Origin: Promethearchaeia archaeon
GTDB taxonomy: Archaea; Asgardarchaeota; Lokiarchaeia; Sigyniarchaeales; SOKP01
DNA: 64,000 bases
Reading direction: 5' to 3'
Assembly (NCBI GenBank): GCA_029856045.1
Contig: JAHQWG010000033.1
Location: 64,001-128,000, forward strand
Shown: positions 21,158 to 29,708 of the stretch, in pieces
Layout: every line of letters starts with the position of its first letter
How positions within the stretch are numbered: the stretch's first letter is position 1
Translations under genes and position numbers: made by a program
Notes under the pieces: generated by a model
Told to the model about the DNA's origin: nothing
Seen by the model: the letters and a program-made list of their open reading frames with translations, nothing else
Database searches by the model: none

Positions 21158-22300
21158 ATGTCAGAAGAAAAATATAAAAAAGCCGCAAGAATAATTGTAA
21201 AAGCAGGATTTCTTCCTTTTCCAATTAGTGACACTTTACTTGAAATATCGAAGTTATTAATTAATGAAAATGAATTGGATTTAATTTTTGCTTTTAAACG
21301 GCAAGTTTCTCAAACTATGGAGCAATTAAAAAAGAGTAGCAAAATGGATGTTGATGAAATATTAAAAAATATAGAGTCTTTAGCCAAAAAGGGTTTAATT
21401 TTCGATCAACCAAGTTCTAAAGGTGTTATGGTTTATAGACTACTACCTTTATTGAATGTTGGCGTTTTTGAATATACTTTTATGAAAAAGCTTGAGTACT
21501 CAGAAAAGGAAAAGAAATTTGCAATCTTATTTGAGAAATTATTTAGTGAATATAAAGATTTTGTTCAAGATAATTACGATTCAATTGTACCATTTCTTCA
21601 GACAATGCCTCCTGTTGATCGTACAATTCCAATAGTAGAAAAAAATGTGGAAGGTAAAGATATTGAAATATCCGTTAATGAAGAGTTAGAAGCACCCCAG
21701 GAAGAAGTCTTGCTCGCACAGAACGTAGAAGAAATAATTAATAAATTTGATGATATTGCGGTTGGATTTTGTTATTGCCGACATCATAAAGATTTACTGG
21801 GCGATTCGTGCAAAATTAATGCACCACGAGAGAATTGTTTCACTTTTGGAAAGTCAGCTAGATTTACTACTAAACAAGGTTTTGCTAGAATGGTTACAAA
21901 AGAAGAGGCATTAAAAATATTAAGGGAGGCTGAAGAATATGGATTAGTACATAAAGCATTCCATCCACATTCAGATATATATAAAGCTGAAACTTCAATT
22001 TGTAACTGTTGCACTTGCTGCTGTGAAACTTTTGATCAATTTAGGAAAGGTGCTTTGCCTATAATTAATGTAACCAATTATTTATCGTGTGTGAATCCTG
22101 ATCTTTGCATAGGCTGTGGAACATGCATAGAAAAGTGTCCCATTGGTGCAATATCATTAAATGATGAAAATATCGCTGAAGTGAATGATTCTTATTGTAT
22201 TGGATGCGGAATATGCGCTCATTTCTGTCCAGAAACAGCAATATCCTTATTAGAAGGGAGAAGGACTGTTTATATCCCTCCTCCAAGATTAAAATCTTAA
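21158..22300 (+). CDS. 4Fe-4S binding protein with N-terminal wHTH-like region
   Basis: CYCR, ICNCCTCCC and two CxxCxxCxxxCP ferredoxin motifs. Confidence 0.88.
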   Translation: MSEEKYKKAARIIVKAGFLPFPISDTLLEISKLLINENELDLIFAFKRQVSQTMEQLKKSSKMDVDEILKNIESLAKKGLIFDQPSSKGVMVYRLLPLLNVGVFEYTFMKKLEYSEKEKKFAILFEKLFSEYKDFVQDNYDSIVPFLQTMPPVDRTIPIVEKNVEGKDIEISVNEELEAPQEEVLLAQNVEEIINKFDDIAVGFCYCRHHKDLLGDSCKINAPRENCFTFGKSARFTTKQGFARMVTKEEALKILREAEEYGLVHKAFHPHSDIYKAETSICNCCTCCCETFDQFRKGALPIINVTNYLSCVNPDLCIGCGTCIEKCPIGAISLNDENIAEVNDSYCIGCGICAHFCPETAISLLEGRRTVYIPPPRLKS

Positions 22301-22425
22301 TATCATTAAATAAATTTTGTTTTCTTTTTATTTTTAAGAGAAAATATTTACAAATCCAATTATTTAAGATTATTTAGGTTGATTTTTCCCTTTTGGAATT
22401 ATTATTTAGAAAGATTCATATAAAA

Positions 22426-22782
22426 TTAATAAAATTGAGTTCGCAACTTAGAAATCAAAAGACCCTTATCCAATACTTGAATACCATTGTTTTTTCCAAA
22501 TTTTTCTGAAAATTCACTAGATTTACTACAAATCATAACTCCCCCCTCAATATCATCAATATCATTGCAAGCTTTATTTAATTGACGAATCTGAGTTATT
22601 GAGATTTCTCGTTTCCAATCTCGAATAAAGACTCCAAATTTTCCGTTGTCTAATATTAATGCGTCAAATTTCCAAACTTTTCCTGATTTACCTCGAAATG
22701 TTTTTTCTTCATCTATATATCGATAATTCGCAGAAAATAAAATTTTTGCTAATTCTCGCAGGTTTTTATCTTTTAAATCCAA
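22426..22782 (-). CDS. Mrr-like restriction-endonuclease-fold protein, probably catalytically degenerate
   Basis: RGKSGKVWKFDALI..FGVFIRDWKREISITQIRQL..GGVMICS..NNGIQVLD; the expected (D/E/Q)xK is replaced by FIR. Confidence 0.65.
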   Translation of the reverse strand: MDLKDKNLRELAKILFSANYRYIDEEKTFRGKSGKVWKFDALILDNGKFGVFIRDWKREISITQIRQLNKACNDIDDIEGGVMICSKSSEFSEKFGKNNGIQVLDKGLLISKLRTQFY

Positions 22783-22920
22783 TTCACATGCACATTTTTT
22801 TTCTTTTTTAGCGAAATATTGAGATGGTATCTAAATCTAGTTTATTTTTAAAAAATATTTAACATAATATAATATTGAGAAAGTATATCAATTTTTGTCG
22901 GATTTCCATTTTTTATTAAT

Positions 22921-23130
22921 TTAATCTAACTTGATTAATGAATCATCTCTGATATTTGAATCAATTTCTTTCGAATAATTTTTAAAAATTTCATCAAAAT
23001 TTTTTACTAAATTATTTGCTAAGACTTCACATCTATTAGAGAATTCAATTTTTTCTATATCTGTTTCTCGATATCTTTCGATTGATAGTATTTTTGCTAA
23101 TTCTCTCAGATTTTTTTCATTTATATCCAA
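22921..23130 (-). CDS. Small helical protein sharing its N-terminus with the adjacent Mrr-like protein
   Basis: MDINEKNLRELAKIL vs MDLKDKNLRELAKIL; both use TTG starts and share an upstream motif. Confidence 0.7.
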   Translation of the reverse strand: MDINEKNLRELAKILSIERYRETDIEKIEFSNRCEVLANNLVKNFDEIFKNYSKEIDSNIRDDSLIKLD

Positions 23131-23237
23131 TTAAATTTCACAACTTTTAATTTCAATTTGTTAAATATTATTAGTATAGTATCTAAATCTACATCTGTGG
23201 GATATTTAATACATTGTGATATCTGCGGAATATCCTT

Positions 23238-24086
23238 CTAAAAAAAAGCACTAATTTTTATTAGAGGATAATCTCCTTTATTAGGACCAAATTTTTCTAA
23301 ATATAAATCCAAGATGCTTTTAAAAAAGTTTATTATATTAATCGCAACTACTTCACAAATATTGTTACAATCAAAGTAATTATCTAGAAGCAAAGGACAT
23401 CTTGGATTAAATTTTTTACAATATTTTTTCATTTGGAGTGAAAATCCTTCTGCTTGAAGTGTTTCAAAATAATTCCATGAGTCTTTGAATCCAGCAAACT
23501 CACAAGGCTTTATTTCTTGAAGTCTCTCTTCTAAAGATTTTTTATTGAATTTGAATTTTAAACGGTGTTTTATTTTTTTCAATTCAATAGCAAATTCTGC
23601 TTGACTCCAATTACTATACATCTGGAGTAAAGCTTCAGCTTTTATAACCTTTTCAGGTGAAATTATTCTCCAACCATCTGCTCTTTTACATTTAATATTT
23701 TTATTTTCAAAATTATCAAAATTAGTCGGATATATCCAACACTGAGGAGGTTTAAGACCTGTGGAATGGAGTTTACATCCATTTATCTTTTTATCATAGA
23801 ATGAGCACTTTGCTGTTTTGTCATCAATCCTTATTTGAAATGAAAAAACATCTCCTCTAATAAAATCTTTTTCTTTACCTAATCTTTGTCTTATAATTTC
23901 TTCAGCTAATATTTTTGGGACATCGATAAATATAGAGCAGCAATCAGCATGGCAAATATTTGGGTTTGTACAATCAGGACCTGTTATTCCCTCTTTCATT
24001 AATTTATTGTAATTCCTGATAATTTCTAATATATCCTTTTCAAGGATATTTTGATTTTCTTCTCTATTCAGTTCATTTACTTTCAA
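23238..24086 (-). CDS. YkgJ/CxxCxxCC cysteine-cluster protein
   Basis: CTNPNICHADCC, CSFYD..GCKLH..KPPQCWIYP. Confidence 0.75.
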   Translation of the reverse strand: MKVNELNREENQNILEKDILEIIRNYNKLMKEGITGPDCTNPNICHADCCSIFIDVPKILAEEIIRQRLGKEKDFIRGDVFSFQIRIDDKTAKCSFYDKKINGCKLHSTGLKPPQCWIYPTNFDNFENKNIKCKRADGWRIISPEKVIKAEALLQMYSNWSQAEFAIELKKIKHRLKFKFNKKSLEERLQEIKPCEFAGFKDSWNYFETLQAEGFSLQMKKYCKKFNPRCPLLLDNYFDCNNICEVVAINIINFFKSILDLYLEKFGPNKGDYPLIKISAFF

Positions 24087-24322
24087 ATTTCTTCATTTAT
24101 TATAATAAAAGGGGATTAAGCAAAAACATAGCGGTAATTTCTAATATCATTCAAAACGTATCGAAATTAAATTTATTTTGTTTTTTAATATTAAAAATTA
24201 TTTAAGAATTCAATTTTTTATTTAAGAATTACTATAAATTATTTATTACATAATTTATATTAAATCTATAAGAAACATCATACAATACCCCTAATTAATT
24301 AAAATTTTAAGGTATAAGTTAA

Positions 24323-26485
24323 ATGAGTGATACAGAATTTAAAAAAAATTTATTAATTGTAATTGATATAACCGAAAAAGAAAATACTATTCTCAACGAT
24401 TTAGGAAATATTAAAGAAATAAGTGGAAACGGAAAATTAATTATAAAAAATCCGTCTGATAAAAGTCGATTGTGGAACATTACATGTGATCTAAAAGAAA
24501 CGGTAAAAACTTCATTTTCTGCACGTGAAATAAAAATAGATACTCTAGACCCGTTAAAGGATTTTTCTTCCAATTATACAATTTCTAACATAAAAGAACC
24601 TCTTTTAACAGTTACTGAAAAATTCGATACTTTATCAGATTTTTCAGATCGAGAAAATAACACGTTTTTATTTGCTCAAGATACTAAATGTCAGTTAAAA
24701 CTCCATTTAACAAATCAAATAAGTGGAGATATTATCAATATTAAACTTATTAAAGAGATTCCTCCTATACTTAAAGATATTGAGCTCGTTCCACCTAATA
24801 ATGGAACAGCTTCAATGAAAGAAGAAGAAGGTTCGAATAAAATATTTTGGGAATTAAACTCTTTAGGTGTTGGTCAATCGGCTGAATTAGTAGTAAATTG
24901 TATTGGATTAGCAAATTCCGTAGAAATGCAACCACTTGGAGAAATAAGTGCTACATATCTAGTAAACAATAGAATATTAACAATGATTGATCCAGATATA
25001 GTTGCAATAACAGATTCGATGAGTGGAGTAACAAGGGATGAAGGTAGCAAACCAGGGGTATGGGATTGTAATGTTGAATTCATTAATGAATCTGAATTTC
25101 AAGTAAAGTTAAATGATGTAAGAGTAGAACATAATATTATTACTGGGAAAGAAATTGTAGTATCCCAAGCACCCGGAAAGATTTTAAACAGAGACCAAGC
25201 ATGGGATTATGATTTCATTGTTGAATCTAAAGAAGTCCCTCAATTAGAACCAACTTTCGAATTCACTACTTTATTTACAGTGATAAAACGAGTTGAGGGA
25301 ACTATATATAAAGAACCATTATATTATCCCGTACTTCGGGCAGAAGTTTCAAAAGATATTAAACCAAATGAGGTAGGAGCTTATGCAAATACTGATATGG
25401 AAATCTTTAACACTATTTTTAATAAAGGATCAGCTCCAATCGATAAATTACTGATTACAGATGAAATAAACGAAGATTTTGAACCTCCAGACCTGAATAA
25501 AATTAAACTCTTTGCAAAAACTGGTGGGGAATTAAAAGGAATTTTCGGTAATGAATATGTTAAGGTATTTCAAATTACCCCGGATAATAAGGACTTGACA
25601 AAATCTCATAGAATAGAAATTGAACTATTTAATATGGCAAATGACTTATCATCAGATAGTACTTTAGAAATTTCTTATCCAATAATTGCTCGAAATCCAA
25701 AACCTGATAAATCGTATCAAATTCCAATTACTGTTCAGTTAAATACGAAAATTGAAGGAAAACCCTATATTATTGGCCCAAGTGAAACACCGGAAATAAG
25801 AATTAAATATATTGCTAGAAAATTTAAGACTCTTAAAAGTATTAAGCCAGGTAGTGCAGCGGGGGAGTTTATTGTAAGTATTCGACTCCAAAATCAAGGA
25901 AATGTTGAATTAGAAAATATTCTATTTAAGGATAAAATTCCAGTCAATTTTGAATTGATAAGCTTTTCTCCAATGGAATTGAAATATGAGTTAAATAAGA
26001 TTGAAAATGAATCTGAATTAGTTGTAAGAATTATAGAGTTAAAAGCTGATACTGTATTGAAGATCGAATATCAATGTTCTGGTATTGGTGAATACCCACG
26101 ACATGAACCAGTAGTTATTGTTGAAGGAAGGAAAGACGTCATTTCTCAGCCTGAAGAAAATGTAGAACCAACTGTAAGTAGAACACCCGAATCATCAATA
26201 AGTTCCTTTGCAGAAAACATATCATTCTCAATTAAATCACAAATTATTGATGAGATTATTAATCTTGAGAAAAAAATTACCCCTGGATTAAAATCAGTGG
26301 ATGTTGCCAATATGATTGAATATATGAGAGATCTTATTGCTAACATTGCGAGAGTTGGTCCCTTTATTCATGAAATTGGACAAATTGCAAAAGAGTTTAA
26401 AGATCTAGGAGAAAAAACCGTTGTTGGTGAATCTCACGATAAAATTACCAAAAAAATCAAAGAATGGAAAGCTAAATTTTCATAA
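24323..26485 (+). CDS. Multi-domain protein: adaptin mu-homology-like domain, Ig-like repeats and Vps28-CTD-like helical bundle
   Basis: FKKNLLIVIDITEKENTILNDLGNIKEISGNG and EIPP..GTASMKEEEGSNKIFWELNSLGVG resemble AP mu / delta-COP MHD strands; repeated xxNxGxxxxxxxxxxDxIP Ig-like motifs; helical C-terminus. The CDS is certain, the domain calls are by eye. Confidence 0.6.
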   Translation: MSDTEFKKNLLIVIDITEKENTILNDLGNIKEISGNGKLIIKNPSDKSRLWNITCDLKETVKTSFSAREIKIDTLDPLKDFSSNYTISNIKEPLLTVTEKFDTLSDFSDRENNTFLFAQDTKCQLKLHLTNQISGDIINIKLIKEIPPILKDIELVPPNNGTASMKEEEGSNKIFWELNSLGVGQSAELVVNCIGLANSVEMQPLGEISATYLVNNRILTMIDPDIVAITDSMSGVTRDEGSKPGVWDCNVEFINESEFQVKLNDVRVEHNIITGKEIVVSQAPGKILNRDQAWDYDFIVESKEVPQLEPTFEFTTLFTVIKRVEGTIYKEPLYYPVLRAEVSKDIKPNEVGAYANTDMEIFNTIFNKGSAPIDKLLITDEINEDFEPPDLNKIKLFAKTGGELKGIFGNEYVKVFQITPDNKDLTKSHRIEIELFNMANDLSSDSTLEISYPIIARNPKPDKSYQIPITVQLNTKIEGKPYIIGPSETPEIRIKYIARKFKTLKSIKPGSAAGEFIVSIRLQNQGNVELENILFKDKIPVNFELISFSPMELKYELNKIENESELVVRIIELKADTVLKIEYQCSGIGEYPRHEPVVIVEGRKDVISQPEENVEPTVSRTPESSISSFAENISFSIKSQIIDEIINLEKKITPGLKSVDVANMIEYMRDLIANIARVGPFIHEIGQIAKEFKDLGEKTVVGESHDKITKKIKEWKAKFS

Positions 26486-26560
26486 AAATCTAATTTTTAT
26501 ATATATCTTTTTTTATTATTAATTGAAATGAAGTTATAGAAAGCACAGATTTATTGCTTT

Positions 26561-27694
26561 TTACTCATCATCTGCTTTTGGAATTTTGGGAAGTATCCTT
26601 CCAGAAACTTTAATTGTTTTAGGTTTAGTTTGATTATCTTTAGTTGTTCCTAAAGTGTCTTTCTTTGCACTCGATGTCTTAGATATGACCTTTTTAGCTG
26701 TTTTTTTTGTAGGTGTTTTTTTACTTATCGTTTTAGTGGATATTTTTTTAGCTGGCGTTCTAGAGGTTGTTTTTTTTACCGGAGTTCTAGTTGATGTTTT
26801 ATTATTTCTTATTGGAGTCTTTTTATCTAATGTTAATACTTCAATCCCTTTTATTATAGCACGTTCCTCATCAATATAAACCTTTATCTTATTATTTTCT
26901 AGGTCAATTATTCCACTAGGAAATTTTTTAATTCTTTCCCATTCTATATCCTCAACTTCCTCTCCAAGAACAGTAGTTATCTTAGAGACCGCTCCATATA
27001 AATAGTTCCCCATTATGATATTTTGCCGTTTATATCCAGCTGGAATTTCATTTTTTAAAATTTCATTCAAAATTCTTTTAACTTGATCTTGAGAAAAAGA
27101 TGATTTTTTAGTAGTGTATCCAGGACTTATACTTGATGGAGTTATTGGAATAGGTTTAGAAGTTACTTTTTCATTTACTTGAGGTTTAAAAACAGGAGAT
27201 ACTAGAGTAGATTCCATAGCATTCCCATTAAAACTACCTAAAGCTGGGGAATAATAATCTGTACTTTCTACTTTCTTCGAAACCGGATCTGCATCCAGAA
27301 TTATCCCTTGAATCTTACCATCTCTTTCTATATTTCTAATATATCTCATATCTGGTAATCTTTCAGTTACTTCCATCGATTCTAGACCAAACACATTCAA
27401 AAATTCGACCAATTCATCGCCTTGATCGATTGATTTTATTATACATCGATGAAATCCTGCTGATTTTATTAATTCATTTTGCAGTTCTTGGGCAACTCGT
27501 GAAGATATGAATCTCTTCCGAACTGGAGACTTAGAACCTTTCCAAATAAAAATTCTCCTTAGATCTTCCCTAACTATCACAAATACCTGATTAGGATCTA
27601 AAATTGATCCTAATTCTTCAGAAGATATATTCAGTTCATTTCTATTTCCATCATCTAATAATTCAAAAGCCATAAATTCCTTGTATTCAGTCAT
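26561..27694 (-). CDS. Gelsolin-domain protein with Lys/Thr-rich tail
   Basis: LDPNQVFVIVREDLRRIFIWKGSKSPVRKRF..IDQGDELVEFLNVF matches the gelsolin core (LDxxxVFIL..IFxWxG..QGxExxxF). Confidence 0.8.
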   Translation of the reverse strand: MTEYKEFMAFELLDDGNRNELNISSEELGSILDPNQVFVIVREDLRRIFIWKGSKSPVRKRFISSRVAQELQNELIKSAGFHRCIIKSIDQGDELVEFLNVFGLESMEVTERLPDMRYIRNIERDGKIQGIILDADPVSKKVESTDYYSPALGSFNGNAMESTLVSPVFKPQVNEKVTSKPIPITPSSISPGYTTKKSSFSQDQVKRILNEILKNEIPAGYKRQNIIMGNYLYGAVSKITTVLGEEVEDIEWERIKKFPSGIIDLENNKIKVYIDEERAIIKGIEVLTLDKKTPIRNNKTSTRTPVKKTTSRTPAKKISTKTISKKTPTKKTAKKVISKTSSAKKDTLGTTKDNQTKPKTIKVSGRILPKIPKADDE

Positions 27695-28043
27695 TATTCT
27701 TCTTTATACTTGTCTCAAATTAAAAGCAATTTTCTCTATAACCTTTAGATAAAAGCTCTCTTATTTGAATATTTTTATTTTTAATTTTGTCTAAATCTAC
27801 AAAAACTAATATATTCATATAATATCTATATATATTTTTATCCATCTTCATGTTTTAGATTAATACTATAGGATAATTATGATCTAATCGAAAATAATTC
27901 TATAACGACCATTAAACTCTCGTCTAGCAACCAAATTATCTTAATTTAATCAAAAATATTAATACAAATTTAACAATAATTATATAAATCTTTATTCTCA
28001 TATTGTTATTAAATTAAATTAATCAATTTCATTATTAAAAGGT

Positions 28044-28736
28044 TTGAATAAAATGGGAGTAAATTTTTGCCCAAGTTGTGGTGATCCTTTACAACCTGGT
28101 CAGAAGTTCTGTGAAAAATGCGGTGCTAAAATTGATGACTCTGCACCAGTACCTTCTCAAACTAAAAGTGCTACCAGCCCCGTTCGAAGTGGTGGAATCT
28201 TTGATATTAACAGAAACTACTATGTCTTGAAAGAGAAATACTGGGATTGGGGGTCTGGCGATATTCTTGATGAAAAGGGGCAACCCATCGGGAGAATGCA
28301 TCGAAAAATAATTTCACTTAGAAGGAAAGTTGAGCTTATGGAATTGGATGGTACTATCCAAGCAACAATTCATGCTAAGATTGTTAGTGCAAGAGGATCT
28401 CAAGATTTGAAAGATCCAGAGGGAAATATGATCGCTAGAATCAAAAAATCAATAACTAGTGTTTTTCGCCCTAAATTTTACTTAGAATCTCCTGATGGAG
28501 ATAAATGGTATGAAGCTCAAGGTAAATTCATGGGTTGGTCCTACAAAGTCACAAATTTTAAAACTGGTGAGTTAGTTGCAGAAATCGAGAAAGCTGATCG
28601 GTGGAGGGATGTTTTTTTGGGTGGTATGTTCGATTTTAAGGACACATACGCCTTACGGATTCATGATAATAAAACTGATAGGCGTATTTTAGTGGGGTTT
28701 GTTCTTTCAATTGATAATGTCTTGCATGATAAATAA
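28044..28736 (+). CDS. Zinc-ribbon plus LURP-one-related/scramblase (tubby C-terminal-like) protein
   Basis: FCPSCG..FCEKCG; YVLKEKYWDWGSGDILDEKGQPIG, GELVAEIEK and DTYALRI..LVGFVLSID are LOR-family features. Confidence 0.82.
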   Translation: MNKMGVNFCPSCGDPLQPGQKFCEKCGAKIDDSAPVPSQTKSATSPVRSGGIFDINRNYYVLKEKYWDWGSGDILDEKGQPIGRMHRKIISLRRKVELMELDGTIQATIHAKIVSARGSQDLKDPEGNMIARIKKSITSVFRPKFYLESPDGDKWYEAQGKFMGWSYKVTNFKTGELVAEIEKADRWRDVFLGGMFDFKDTYALRIHDNKTDRRILVGFVLSIDNVLHDK

Positions 28737-28919
28737 TATTTAATTCTTTTTTTTTCTTAACTTCTTTTTTCAAAAATAGTGATAAAAATGATATCATTTT
28801 TAGGAACCCTATTTAACTAGTACAATTTATTCAAACCTAAAGTAATTATTGAAAGATATTTTATTTTAATTAAGAAGATATTTATATAAATAAGTAGAAA
28901 TAATAATAGGTTTTTTACA

Positions 28920-29708
28920 ATGAGTATGATTCGTCTCTTAAAATTAAAGGATTACATCACTCTTTCAGGGACAATTTGTGGGATTTTTGCTTTAATGATT
29001 GGAATTATAATTAAAGATTTAGCTTTGGGATTTTTTTTAATTATGATTTGTCAAGGGACAGATCTGTTAGATGGATATGTAGCAAGAAAATTAAATCAAA
29101 AAAATGAAATTGGAAAAGAAATAGATTCATTAAATGATTTATTTTGTTTTGGAGTTGTTCCTGCAATGTTAATTTTTATTAACTATTGTGATGATTTGCC
29201 CTTTGAATTAATTTTTTACATTCCAGCGATCATTATATTCATTTTGTGTGCTCTACTTAGATTAGCAAGATTTAATATTATGGATGCAAAGGGATATACA
29301 GGGATAGTAACTCCTTTATCCGGTTTAATGGTGACCTTCTTTTATTATATAGATTATTTTAGTATTCAAACTTTTGAAGAAAATAATTTTATTTCAATTT
29401 GGGTTCAATTACTATTTCCATTTTTATTAGGATTTTTGGGTTACTTAAATATTACTACTTTTATTATATATGGTGAAGAGATAAAGAAAAAGTCTGGTAA
29501 CTTAAAATATGTCTTTATTATCGGAGGCATTCTCACAATCGTAATCGGTATAATTGGACTAACTTTTCCAAAACAGTTGGCGGCTCTACCTTTACTTATT
29601 ATATTTATAGGATCTTTTGTATTAGGATGGTTTTATATTTTTATTGGTTTTAAAAATTATTTAAATTCAAGAAAGAATATTAAAAAGGAACTTAATTCAA
29701 CTAACTAA
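28920..29708 (+). CDS. CDP-alcohol phosphatidyltransferase, PssA / archaetidylserine synthase-like
   Basis: DLLDGYVARKLNQKNEIGKEIDSLNDLFCFGVVPA and ALLRLARFN. Confidence 0.88.
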   Translation: MSMIRLLKLKDYITLSGTICGIFALMIGIIIKDLALGFFLIMICQGTDLLDGYVARKLNQKNEIGKEIDSLNDLFCFGVVPAMLIFINYCDDLPFELIFYIPAIIIFILCALLRLARFNIMDAKGYTGIVTPLSGLMVTFFYYIDYFSIQTFEENNFISIWVQLLFPFLLGFLGYLNITTFIIYGEEIKKKSGNLKYVFIIGGILTIVIGIIGLTFPKQLAALPLLIIFIGSFVLGWFYIFIGFKNYLNSRKNIKKELNSTN

